DNA of 39,398 bases from a virus. Position 1 is the first letter of the stretch. Each line of letters opens with the position of its first letter. A model generated the notes under the pieces. The model was not told where the DNA came from and ran no database searches. It saw only the letters and a program-made list of their open reading frames with translations. Positions 18,468-27,014 of this stretch are shown here, in pieces. A program made the translations under genes and the position numbers. The stretch lies in the IMG/VR virus record IMGVR_UViG_3300010167_000006, positions 1 through 39,398 of that record; one strand, written 5' to 3'.

Positions 18468-20113
18468 TGATCGAAAAACTGATTGAACTGGATTTTGACG
18501 AACCGGCGCTGCAGAAAACCAATATTTTATTAAACCAAGCCAGCAGCGACAGTATAATTTTTCGGTTTCGGGTGTATAAAAACGCGACGGAAGTCGACTA
18601 TAACGACTTTATAAGGGCTGAGTTGGTTTTCCGGAAACAAAACGGGCAAAACGTTATAGACGACGGGAACATCGGCATATCCGGGATCACGTACGCGCTG
18701 CGGAATGAACTGCTCGATACGGTGGGAACCGTTTTAGGGTATGTCACGCTTATATCGATAACCGGCATAGAAGCGACGCTGCACTACAGTTTTTCGGTGG
18801 TATCCGATTTAATAGATTTTGAAAATGTAAGGAATTCCTATATAAAAAGGATTGAGGATTTTATTGAGGAAATCAAGAATGCGGCGTCGATGGAGGCAAT
18901 ACTACAGATAGTCGATGAAATAAACAGGATTGTAGCCGAAGCCCGCGAAATATTGGAAGGATTGCAATCGGACGCGTTTGTATCGGTAGAGCAGTTTAAC
19001 GAAAAAATAGGCGAATTAAACGAATTAATAAATAATATAAATGCCGAAAACATATCGGTTAACCCCGACGGAATGCTATTAATTAATAAAAATCCGCAAG
19101 ATGGTCTGTTAACCCCTATGATAAAAGAAAATTTTGTTGCCGTTACTGCGCAAATGGACCATATTGCGCAGGAGAATCTGTTAATAAATGGCAGTTTGCA
19201 AGTATGGCAACGCGGCGATACGTTTACAAATCCAAATAGACTGTATACCGCCGACCGGATGCTATGTAACGGCACGGGGATCGTGACGAAGCACGCGAAC
19301 GGAATGCAAATAACGGGTAATATTAATCTTCGTTACATCATGGAGGCGGCCGATTTTAAAGCCATCTCCGGGAAAACCGTTACATTGTCATACTCAAAGG
19401 ATGGCGTGACACAACCGCCGTTGACATATAATGCGGCGACTGCGAGGGTAGTTGATATAAATCTTACAGCGGGAATATATAATTGGTTTAAACTCGAAAA
19501 TGGTGATAAAAATACTCCTTATAAATCAAGGTTAATATCAAATGAAATAGCATTATGTCAACGGTATTACATAAGATATGGTGATAGATCCGGCAATTAT
19601 TTTTTTTCTTTATGTCAAATGTCAAGTAATATATATGCAGTAGCAATATTTCCATATTTTAGTCAATTAAGTACAATACCAACTTTACAAAGTTCAAATT
19701 TTGTATCAAACAATTTTTCACTTTTAATAGGAGCAACATTAATAGAAATTTCTGGTATTGCAAATTTACAACCAAACGATTCGTTCGCGCATGTTACATT
19801 TACGGCATCTGGTTTAACTATAGGTCAAGCAGGACGCATATTTTTTCAAAATAACGCCTGGTTAGCTTATGACGCGGAAGTACAGGATGTCGGGGTTTAT
19901 AACATTCATTACGTCAGATTGGACGAATCCGGCAGCGTCGCTTACGGTTTTTCGGACGCCTTCGAAGAGTCGCAACCGGGCGATATACTTATAACTGATA
20001 GAGGCGGTCGCCATTTTGAGATTGACGGCGAAATAAACCCGACGATGTCGGATTATGCCGGCGCGTATTTATACAAACACGAAAACGGACGGGTCGTGAA
20101 AAATAAGGATTAA
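18467..20113 (+). CDS. Tail fibre / receptor-binding protein: constant N-terminal part plus variable C-terminal cassette A
   Basis: GGAGG RBS and TAATG start at 18467 (ORF track start 18422 is less likely). Coiled-coil N-terminus. AT-rich C-terminal part. Contains IR-L at 19143-19170. Confidence 0.7.
   Translation: MIEKLIELDFDEPALQKTNILLNQASSDSIIFRFRVYKNATEVDYNDFIRAELVFRKQNGQNVIDDGNIGISGITYALRNELLDTVGTVLGYVTLISITGIEATLHYSFSVVSDLIDFENVRNSYIKRIEDFIEEIKNAASMEAILQIVDEINRIVAEAREILEGLQSDAFVSVEQFNEKIGELNELINNINAENISVNPDGMLLINKNPQDGLLTPMIKENFVAVTAQMDHIAQENLLINGSLQVWQRGDTFTNPNRLYTADRMLCNGTGIVTKHANGMQITGNINLRYIMEAADFKAISGKTVTLSYSKDGVTQPPLTYNAATARVVDINLTAGIYNWFKLENGDKNTPYKSRLISNEIALCQRYYIRYGDRSGNYFFSLCQMSSNIYAVAIFPYFSQLSTIPTLQSSNFVSNNFSLLIGATLIEISGIANLQPNDSFAHVTFTASGLTIGQAGRIFFQNNAWLAYDAEVQDVGVYNIHYVRLDESGSVAYGFSDAFEESQPGDILITDRGGRHFEIDGEINPTMSDYAGAYLYKHENGRVVKNKD
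19143..19170. repeat. Inverted repeat IR-L (candidate inversion crossover site) inside the tail fibre gene
   Basis: TTACTGCGCAAATGGACCATATTGCGCA. 27 of 28 nt match the reverse complement of 20762-20789. Confidence 0.9.
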
Positions 20114-20778
20114 ACATCCGTATCAACGATATTTTCAAATGTAGTTTCATCACCCCAAACTTTTAATATAATTTGTTGTATATCAATTTTATCTTTTAAT
20201 ATATCTTGTAGTTGCAAACGGCCAAAATCGGAATTCATAACAACAGAACGCCATTTGTTATTTGAATTTGTTTTTAAAATTTCTACGCAATTAATGGTTA
20301 AATTTTCAATTATTATTTCATCTTTTTTAGTTGTATTTTTTATATCAGGTAGACTACGTAAATAAACACCCGTACCGTATAAAACGCAAACGGCGGGCAT
20401 GCCTGTTATATCTACAAAAGCAGAGAGTGATGGTGAACTACGAAAAACTATTTGATTTGAGGTAAGGATAGAACCATTTATTGCAAAGACACTGTTAAAT
20501 GGTGTTGCGCGAGTTACGGTAATTGAATTTGCGTTACTATTGTACCAATCCCCATTCCAAACGTCATATGGTAAACTGTCAACCTGCATCCTGCCAGTTG
20601 GCGCGGTATTTATACTTTGTGTTTGTATCAAAAAGAATATTTGTACTAAATTTCCTATGGAAACGTATGCGCCAAATTGCGTAGTATAAGTTAAACTGCC
20701 GCGCACATCTGCTCCATGTAATGCAGGTGTCCAACTACCTACTTCATATGGCAATTGATTGTGCGCAATTTGGTCCAT
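20110..20778 (-). CDS. Alternative tail-fibre C-terminal cassette B (promoterless, expressed only after inversion)
   Basis: Convergent with the tail fibre gene. The N-terminus MDQIAHNQL mirrors QMDHIAQENL of the expressed gene. IR-R covers its start. AT-rich. Confidence 0.65.
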   Translation of the reverse strand: MDQIAHNQLPYEVGSWTPALHGADVRGSLTYTTQFGAYVSIGNLVQIFFLIQTQSINTAPTGRMQVDSLPYDVWNGDWYNSNANSITVTRATPFNSVFAINGSILTSNQIVFRSSPSLSAFVDITGMPAVCVLYGTGVYLRSLPDIKNTTKKDEIIIENLTINCVEILKTNSNNKWRSVVMNSDFGRLQLQDILKDKIDIQQIILKVWGDETTFENIVDTDV

Positions 20779-20789
20779 TTGCGCAGTAA
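20762..20789. repeat. Inverted repeat IR-R, partner of 19143-19170
   Basis: tgcgcaatttggtccatttgcgcagtaa, whose reverse complement is TTACTGCGCAAATGGACCAAATTGCGCA. Confidence 0.9.
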
Positions 20790-20848
20790 AAAAAGTTACT
20801 TTACGGCCGTTGTTATAATCCTCCCAAATAACCTTGGGAGGTTTTTAT

Positions 20849-21895
20849 ATGCCAATCGACCACGAAACCACCATCGCCCGTATAGCCGCGGCCCTGATCC
20901 GCCGCGGGGTAGACGACCCGCAACTTGTATCCGAGATACGCGACATCGTCCGGGACGGCTTTCGCTCAGAATTCGCCTTCCCTTCCGACCAAATTTTTTC
21001 AACCGAAGCCTCCGAAACCGCGTTTCCATTTATATCGTCCGACATTTGGCAAAAATCCGAAATGTTTCTCATGGCGAAACGTATCGACGGTCTGTCCGCC
21101 CTTACCCTCAAAAATTACAGACGCACGCTCCTGGCATTTTCCGCGGATCTCAACCGGTCAGTCAGCGTCGCGGACGTCACCGCGAACGACATCCGGTTTT
21201 TCGTCGCCCGCCTGGGCGAGACCCGCCGCGTCATGGACTCGACGCAGCAGTCGTACACGTACGTCCTCAAATCTTTTTTTAAATGGATGCACGTCGAGGA
21301 GATCATCCCGAAAAACCCGTGCAGCAAAATCAAGTCCCTCAAGATCGACTGGCGGCGGCGAAAGAAGGCCCTCGGCGCGGAGGACCTCGAACGGCTGCGC
21401 GGCGCGTGCGATACGCCGCGTAACAAGGCGATCGTGGAGTTCCTCTACTCCACCGGCTGCCGGCTGAGCGAGGCGGTCAACGCGGACGTCGACACGCTGG
21501 ACCTGCACTCGCGGTCTCTCCGGGTCGTAGGCAAGGGCGATAAGGAACGCACGGTCTATTTCAGCGCCCGCGCCAAGGTCTGCATCGAAAACTACCTGCG
21601 CGTCCGCAAAGGCGAAGGCGGGCACCTGTTCGCAAGCAGCCGCGCCCCGTTCGGCAGGCTGTGCGCCCGAACCGTGCAGACCGAGATCAAAACCGTCGGC
21701 GAGGCCGCGGGGATAAAACAGGCAATGCACCCTCACCTGCTCCGCCATACCTTCGCGACCCACGCGCTCAAAGCCGGCATGGACATCACCGTAATACAAA
21801 AACTGCTCGGCCACGCGAGGATCGGCACGACGCAGATATACGCGGACGTCGACCAGTCCATGGTCGCCCGCGAGTACGCAAAACTTAATTTTTAA
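20849..21895 (+). CDS. Tyrosine recombinase (XerC/D-like), candidate tail-fibre invertase
   Basis: HPHLLRHTFATHAL...LLGHARIGTTQIYADV catalytic motifs, and TGCRLSEA (Arg I). Starts 60 nt from IR-R. GGGAGG RBS. Confidence 0.75.
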   Translation: MPIDHETTIARIAAALIRRGVDDPQLVSEIRDIVRDGFRSEFAFPSDQIFSTEASETAFPFISSDIWQKSEMFLMAKRIDGLSALTLKNYRRTLLAFSADLNRSVSVADVTANDIRFFVARLGETRRVMDSTQQSYTYVLKSFFKWMHVEEIIPKNPCSKIKSLKIDWRRRKKALGAEDLERLRGACDTPRNKAIVEFLYSTGCRLSEAVNADVDTLDLHSRSLRVVGKGDKERTVYFSARAKVCIENYLRVRKGEGGHLFASSRAPFGRLCARTVQTEIKTVGEAAGIKQAMHPHLLRHTFATHALKAGMDITVIQKLLGHARIGTTQIYADVDQSMVAREYAKLNF

Positions 21896-21954
21896 GCAGC
21901 CCAACCGGGCACGCCCGGTCTCGCCCGGCGCGGGGATATATAAAGGAGGATTTT

Positions 21955-22299
21955 ATGAGATTCGTCAGAGGCTACAAGTCCGTCGCGCTGTTGCAAATAC
22001 TCATGTGCGCGGGCTTTTTCGTCAACCCCGGGACCGACGTTTACGGCACGGTTTTCGGCGTCGCCAATTTTTTCGGCGCGGGCCTGATCACCGTCGGGTC
22101 GGCCCTGGCGTACTTTAAGCCGAAAAAATTGATACTGCGGGCACTCGTCGCGACGATGACGGCGTTGATCGTCTTTAATTCCTGCTGGTTTATCCTCGCG
22201 GGCGTCTTTTTTACGACGGGTTTCCCCCTCATCGGCTACGACCTGCTTTTTGTGGTGACCAACCTGCATTTTTTGGGATGGGGGTTGGATGTCGTATGA
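21955..22299 (+). CDS. Membrane protein with about 4 TM segments (holin-like or exclusion protein)
   Basis: Hydrophobic segments throughout; RBS aaggagga; first gene of the lysis region. Confidence 0.5.
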   Translation: MRFVRGYKSVALLQILMCAGFFVNPGTDVYGTVFGVANFFGAGLITVGSALAYFKPKKLILRALVATMTALIVFNSCWFILAGVFFTTGFPLIGYDLLFVVTNLHFLGWGLDVV

Positions 22300-22583
22300 C
22301 GGGCGGAATCAGTATAGAGTATATAATCAGTATGCTCGGCGGCGGCCTGGGCATTTTTATTATAAATTTAATCAACGACTGGCGCAAAGCCAAACGCGGC
22401 GACACGCAGGATGTGATCGGCGCGTGGCAGGAGATCGCAAACAGGGAGGCCGTCCGGTCGGAGGTCAGGGAGACGCGCGAAAGGGAGCTCACGGCAGAGC
22501 TGTATTCGGCAAAAGAATATATCGGTCAACTACTGACATTTATTACCGAAGCCGGGTTGAAAGCGCCGAAACGGTCGAAATAA
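22296..22583 (+). CDS. Single-pass membrane protein of the lysis cassette
   Basis: ATGA overlap start. N-terminal TM (ISMLGGGLGIFIINLI) followed by a charged helical tail. Confidence 0.5.
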   Translation: MTGGISIEYIISMLGGGLGIFIINLINDWRKAKRGDTQDVIGAWQEIANREAVRSEVRETRERELTAELYSAKEYIGQLLTFITEAGLKAPKRSK

Positions 22584-22586
22584 GGA

Positions 22587-23408
22587 TTGCGGAAAGGGTG
22601 TTTTTGCGTGAAAAACGACGCTTTTATAAAAAAAGTACTGGATATTTTTGCGAATTATAAGACGGTATACATGTGGGGATGCTTCGGGCAGCCGGTCACG
22701 GACGCGCTTGTCGCCGAAAAAACGAGGCAGTACCCCACGTTTTATACGCAGGGCATACAGGACAAGCTGCGGTCGTTAGTCGGTAAAGGATACTTTGGCT
22801 TCGACTGCGTAAACCTGATAAAAGCCGTCGCGTGGGGCTGGTCCGGGGACGCAACGAAAGCCAACGGCGGCGCGGCGTATTCGACGAACGGGGTGCAGGA
22901 CGTCAATGCGGACATGATGATCAAGCTGTGCTTTAAGCTCACCGACGATTTTAAGGTGATCGTGCCGGGTTGCGCGGTGTGGATGCAGGGCCATATCGGC
23001 GTTTACATCGGCGACGGCAAGGTGGTCGAGGCGACGCCGAGCTGGGACAACCGGGTGCAGGTCACCTCGCTCGGAAACATCGGCAGCGTAGCCGGACTGC
23101 ACTCGCGGAAATGGACGATGCACGGCAGGCTGCCGTTTGTGGAGTACGAGCAAAAACCGGGGGAAACCGGGCAAGCGTCCACGCTACCGCCCGGCGGACA
23201 GGCGTCCGGGCAATCGCCCGAGGTGACGAAACCTGATATACTGCCGTCGGACGGATACCCCGCGGACTCTGATCAGCCCCATTGGGCTGAAGGGTTTTGG
23301 AAATCTCTTAACGACGCCGGGATCCGGATACACGAAAAACGGTTCGAGGACCCGATCAGGCGGGGTGAATTGTTCGCGCTTTTGGATCAAGTGGTAAATA
23401 AAAAATAA
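22587..23408 (+). CDS. Endolysin: NlpC/P60-like cysteine peptidase with a C-terminal SLH-like wall-binding segment
   Basis: FGFDCVNLIK (Cys) and QGHIGVYIGDGKVVEA (His) motifs. C-terminal HWAEGFWKSLNDAGI...RGELFALL resembles an S-layer homology motif. Start uncertain (TTG 22587 or GTG 22608). Confidence 0.65.
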   Translation: MRKGCFCVKNDAFIKKVLDIFANYKTVYMWGCFGQPVTDALVAEKTRQYPTFYTQGIQDKLRSLVGKGYFGFDCVNLIKAVAWGWSGDATKANGGAAYSTNGVQDVNADMMIKLCFKLTDDFKVIVPGCAVWMQGHIGVYIGDGKVVEATPSWDNRVQVTSLGNIGSVAGLHSRKWTMHGRLPFVEYEQKPGETGQASTLPPGGQASGQSPEVTKPDILPSDGYPADSDQPHWAEGFWKSLNDAGIRIHEKRFEDPIRRGELFALLDQVVNKK

Positions 23409-23421
23409 GGAGGCGATTTTT

Positions 23422-23622
23422 TTGGAAAAGATAAATTGGAAAGCGAAACTGAGCAGCAGGAAATTTTGGACCGCGCTGGCAGCCTGGGCGACGGCGCTGT
23501 TGTCGGCGTTTAATTTCGCGGACAACGAGATCGCGAGGGCGGCGCTGATCATTTCCGGCATCGGGGCGCTTACGGTTTATATGCTGGCCGAGGCGACGGC
23601 GGACCGGAGGAAAAACGGGTGA
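23422..23622 (+). CDS. Holin (phi LC3-like family)
   Basis: (M)EKINWKAKLSSRKFWTALAAW... N-terminus typical of that holin family; two TM segments; TTG start. Confidence 0.6.
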   Translation: MEKINWKAKLSSRKFWTALAAWATALLSAFNFADNEIARAALIISGIGALTVYMLAEATADRRKNG

Positions 23623-23711
23623 CGACGGCCGGCGGCGCGTTAGTGTTTTACTCGTGTCTATTATACATATCGGCGGTATAATATATAAAAAAGAACCATC
23701 TTTTTATATGA

Positions 23712-23743
23712 CCCTCCCGGATGCACCCGGGAGGGTTTTTTTT
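23712..23743 (+). terminator. Rho-independent terminator ending the late/lysis operon
   Basis: CCCTCCCGG-atgcac-CCGGGAGGG followed by T8. Confidence 0.85.
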
Positions 23744-24101
23744 ATTCCGCGAAATCGGGCGGCTCGGGGGTTTTAGACTCCACGAACCATCGCAGGGTGT
23801 GGCCCGAGGCGGTGGCGTACTCCAAAAACAGTTTACGCTCCCGGCCGCCGATCCGGACGGTATATTGCAACCCTATCCCGCCGACCTTTGTCGACGCGAG
23901 GGGAATGGAGTCCAAAACGGCGTCGACCGGGTAGCGCTGACCGATCCAGTATATGGCTGTCGGGACGATTCGCCCGTCGGGCTGAAATTGCGCGTCCACC
24001 TTGATATATGCCTTGCTGTATTTTTCCATCGCATCATTTATTTTTTTATTCCGTTTGCGCTCCGCGGTTAAGTGGTTATCAAAAGCGTACGGGTAACCCA
24101 T
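23742..24101 (-). CDS. Hypothetical protein (moron, reverse strand)
   Basis: 119-aa ORF on the opposite strand to the flanking operons, within the lower-GC island. Confidence 0.55.
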   Translation of the reverse strand: MGYPYAFDNHLTAERKRNKKINDAMEKYSKAYIKVDAQFQPDGRIVPTAIYWIGQRYPVDAVLDSIPLASTKVGGIGLQYTVRIGGRERKLFLEYATASGHTLRWFVESKTPEPPDFAE

Positions 24102-24185
24102 AGTATCACCGGGAGTAATGATAACATGGCGAACAAATGTTTGTATATAGTAACTTTTAGTAATATAATTGTAATGTAATATGTA

Positions 24186-24214
24186 TTTACAAACGTATTT
24201 ACATATGTTATACT
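24186..24214 (+). promoter_or_regulatory. Sigma-70-type promoter for the 24243-25286 moron operon
   Basis: TTTACA (24186-24191), 17-nt spacer, TATACT (24209-24214). GTATTTACA is duplicated in tandem across it. Confidence 0.55.
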
Positions 24215-24242
24215 AACATCATTAAAAAAGGAGGTGACGCAA

Positions 24243-24440
24243 ATGGCAGATTTGACAGAAACACGCAAAAAAAAATCGTATACGATACGTCTCTCAGAAA
24301 CGACTTTAAATGATATCGCATCAATCGCTGAAACCAAAAAATGTTCTCAAGCCGACGTAATAAACGTATTGATCCACGCTTACGTAAAAGGATACGAAAA
24401 AAAGGAAATCGAGGATGCGTTCGAATTAATGGGAAAGTAA
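24243..24440 (+). CDS. Ribbon-helix-helix (CopG/Arc-like) DNA-binding protein
   Basis: GGAGGTG RBS. SYTIRLSETTLNDIASIAETKKCSQADVINVLIHAY fits a beta-strand plus two-helix RHH pattern. Confidence 0.55.
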   Translation: MADLTETRKKKSYTIRLSETTLNDIASIAETKKCSQADVINVLIHAYVKGYEKKEIEDAFELMGK

Positions 24441-24452
24441 GGAGATGTTGAA

Positions 24453-25016
24453 ATGAAAATAACAAAATTGAACGGAATAATTTACGTAGAGTGTCCATAT
24501 AATGAGAATTTTGTCGAAAGGATTAAAAACGCCGGCGCAAGATGGGATGATATGAATAAAGCGTGGGTTATGGATGACAGACTCATTGAAACGGCGAGGT
24601 TACTGCTAAAAGAGATTTTCGGCGAAGACGATACCCCGTCAAAAAAAGTAAATGTCCGGGTCAAAGCAAAAAACGAAATCCATAAAACACAAGGCGATGT
24701 GATGATTTTCGGAAAAATCGTTAGCAGTGCGAAAGGGCGCGACACCGGCGCAAGAATCGGCGAAAAAGTATCTTATGTAAAAGGCGGTCCAAAATCGGGC
24801 GGAAGCGTTAAAAATTGGAAATCTATAGTGCCGGAAGGAAGTATTATTAGCCTGCTTGATGTGCCGGAACTGTCACTACAGCAAGAAGATCCAGATTTAC
24901 TTGAAAGTATAGATTATGAAGTATTTAACGCAATGCCAAATAAAATTGAATTAATTAACGAAAAAGAAATATTACTCGCGAGGATCGCAGAAATAGACGC
25001 CGAACTCGCAAAATAA
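24453..25016 (+). CDS. Hypothetical protein with an N-terminal GARWD...KAW motif (DUF5710-like)
   Basis: 187-aa ORF, RBS aaggag. The motif assignment is tentative. Confidence 0.5.
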   Translation: MKITKLNGIIYVECPYNENFVERIKNAGARWDDMNKAWVMDDRLIETARLLLKEIFGEDDTPSKKVNVRVKAKNEIHKTQGDVMIFGKIVSSAKGRDTGARIGEKVSYVKGGPKSGGSVKNWKSIVPEGSIISLLDVPELSLQQEDPDLLESIDYEVFNAMPNKIELINEKEILLARIAEIDAELAK

Positions 25017-25034
25017 AAAACGGAGGGATTACTA

Positions 25035-25286
25035 ATGAAAAAAATCGACTTGATCTACAGGGCGACAGGAGAAAAGGGAGCCATTGATGGCGGCGGTATC
25101 CGTAAGGCATTTAAGGCCTACTGTGAAAGCGTAAGTTATAGTCCTTTTACAGGTGATAGTGCAGAAATTGTCGGAATTGATGAGGAAGGTAAAAATTTCA
25201 TAAAAAATTGCCCGGTTGATTGCATAGTCGAAATCATCGGCGGCGATCCCGCCATATACCAGGCGGAGGTAAAGAAGTATAGTTAA
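25035..25286 (+). CDS. Hypothetical protein
   Basis: 83-aa ORF with RBS ggaggga, followed by a terminator. Confidence 0.5.
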   Translation: MKKIDLIYRATGEKGAIDGGGIRKAFKAYCESVSYSPFTGDSAEIVGIDEEGKNFIKNCPVDCIVEIIGGDPAIYQAEVKKYS

Positions 25287-25297
25287 AAATAACGTAA

Positions 25298-25330
25298 AAA
25301 CAGGCAACTATGAGTTGCCTGTTTTTATTT
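25298..25330 (+). terminator. Rho-independent terminator
   Basis: AAACAGGCAAC-tatga-GTTGCCTGTTT followed by a T-rich tail. Confidence 0.8.
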
Positions 25331-25465
25331 GATATTGTTTCATTAAACAAAAAGAATAAAAGTAAATTTCAATCCACAAGAAACATTAAAAAAATAATGA
25401 ATCTTGACTACGATACAAGTTTAATACTTTCGCTCCGTGTTGTCAAATCAATATATTAATTATTC

Positions 25466-25493
25466 CCGGTCCGATCATTCGGACCGGTTTTTT
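25466..25493 (+). terminator. Rho-independent terminator with no annotated upstream gene
   Basis: CCGGTCCGA-tcat-TCGGACCGG followed by T6. Confidence 0.7.
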
Positions 25494-25614
25494 ATAAAAA
25501 TTTGTCACCTTTTTGGCACCATCATTTCGCCACAAGTGCAAATCTATGTAAACTATTGCAAACAAGGGATCAATAAAAATACATATTATATTACCAAAAA
25601 ACCCCGATAAATAA

Positions 25615-25637
25615 GGAAAACCCCGTCTATTACGGGG
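25615..25637 (-). terminator. Terminator-like hairpin just downstream (minus strand) of the tRNA fragment
   Basis: On the minus strand: CCCCGT-aatag-ACGGGG followed by TTTTCC. Confidence 0.5.
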
Positions 25638-25648
25638 CTTTCCTTACA

Positions 25649-25695
25649 AGCGCGAAACGGGATTCGAACCCGCGGCCCTCGCCTTGGCAAGGCGA
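25649..25695 (-). other. attP core: 3' half of a tRNA-Gly(GCC) gene (anticodon arm to acceptor 3' strand), not a complete tRNA
   Basis: Minus strand reads TCGCC-TTGCCAA-GGCGA gggcc GCGGG-TTCGAAT-CCCGT TTCGCGC T. No matching 5' acceptor or D-arm upstream. Adjacent to the integrase. Confidence 0.7.
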
Positions 25696-25738
25696 ATGTC
25701 GGAACGGATTCAATCGCCGATAATAAAGGTTTTTTTAC

Positions 25739-26905
25739 TTATCTATCGAACAATGTGTCACCGTTTTGTCCCCTTGGTTTGTTTTTAATGGTAAAATAAT
25801 CATTGATTTGTTCTGCGGCCCGGGTAAAAGATTCGTCAGAAATCGCCCGGTATCCGTCCGTCACGTCATAGGATTTGTGACCCATAAAAAATTTTTGCTC
25901 CCGTTCGTGGACCCCGGCGGCGTGGATGTCCGTCGCGTATGTGTGACGGAGGTAATGCGGCGTGATCTCGTCGGCAAACGGCGACGTTTCTATTAAAATT
26001 TTATTCCTGTACATTTTAGCGCCGGCGCTTATGTGGCATTGCCGTTTAAAAGAGTCCCACCACTCGCGGACAGTTGTGCCCGTCGCCCTCGACCCGTCCA
26101 CTTTCGTAAAAACATGATCCTCCGGATTTTTACCCAGACATTGTTTTTCCAAAAATGGTATCAATATATCTGGTATCGGCGTTTCCCTTACGCCCGCCTC
26201 CGACTTGGGTTGTTTCAGCGAACCTTGATTTGATCTGAATCTAACTGCTTTTTGTACCGATAGCCGTTTTTTCGCAAAATCGACATTTTCAACCTTCAAT
26301 GCCACGCATTCGCCGCGGCGAAGCCCGCACAAGATCATCGTCAGGACATACGCGCCGTGTTTATGGACCTGCGCGACGTTAAAAACGGTTTTGCATTCAA
26401 AATCCGTTAACGGTCTGCGGGGTTCCTCATCTAAATTTTCCGGCAAGTTCAATTTTTTCGCTGGGTTCATTTCTATGATTCCCTCCATTTCGGCGCAATC
26501 GAAAATCTGTCGGATCGCGATCCTTATTTTTATGACGGTGCCCTTTGCCTTTTTGGATTCATTTAATAGTTTCACCAGATGGGACGCCCGAACGTCTTTT
26601 ATCTGCATGTGGCCGATAACGGGTACGATGTCCAGCCTTACCTTCGCGGCAAAATGGGATTTTAAATCGTTGGAGGCGTTGGTTTTATACGTTACGAGCC
26701 ATCGATCGCACCATTCCGCGACCGTAATATTATCCGTCGAAACTCCTTTTTTATACAGACGCTTCGCTTCATCCACTTTTTTTAAAAACAAGTTATAGTT
26801 TTTATCGCGTACCGTGATCCGGTCCTGTTTACCGTTTAGCTTTTTTCCGACGACCCAGGTTTCGCGATAATATCCGTCTTTATTTCGCGTATACTTTGTT
26901 TTCAT
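25739..26905 (-). CDS. int: Phage integrase (tyrosine recombinase with N-terminal SAM-like/core-binding domain)
   Basis: 388 aa. GLRRGE, HYLRHTYATD and GHKSYDVTDGY catalytic motifs. Next to the tRNA-derived attP. Confidence 0.85.
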   Translation of the reverse strand: MKTKYTRNKDGYYRETWVVGKKLNGKQDRITVRDKNYNLFLKKVDEAKRLYKKGVSTDNITVAEWCDRWLVTYKTNASNDLKSHFAAKVRLDIVPVIGHMQIKDVRASHLVKLLNESKKAKGTVIKIRIAIRQIFDCAEMEGIIEMNPAKKLNLPENLDEEPRRPLTDFECKTVFNVAQVHKHGAYVLTMILCGLRRGECVALKVENVDFAKKRLSVQKAVRFRSNQGSLKQPKSEAGVRETPIPDILIPFLEKQCLGKNPEDHVFTKVDGSRATGTTVREWWDSFKRQCHISAGAKMYRNKILIETSPFADEITPHYLRHTYATDIHAAGVHEREQKFFMGHKSYDVTDGYRAISDESFTRAAEQINDYFTIKNKPRGQNGDTLFDR

Positions 26906-27014
26906 GGTTTTTCACCAATTTCGACATCCACATGACAATACGTCCAGTAAGCTATTTGAATTTGTTGACTATTTCGAACGTTAGTTCTATCATAAAATTG
27001 TTTCGAGGTGACTA

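Noticed and set aside
20664-20684. Extra partial copy (CCAAATTGCG) of the inversion repeat inside cassette B, considered as a third recombination site (shufflon-like)
   Set aside because: Only about 10 nt match, within a locally palindromic stretch. That is too short to distinguish from chance.
20755-21467. Alternative-frame ORFs (20755..21282, 20925..21467) and reverse ORFs over the recombinase gene
   Set aside because: They overlap a recombinase frame with clear catalytic motifs, and their translations are Arg/Pro-rich shadows.
25649-25730. A complete tRNA gene on the minus strand
   Set aside because: Only the anticodon arm, T-arm and 3' acceptor strand are present. The 26 nt upstream (tcggcgattgaatccgttccgacat) cannot pair with TTCGCGC or form a D-arm, so this is an attP-type fragment.
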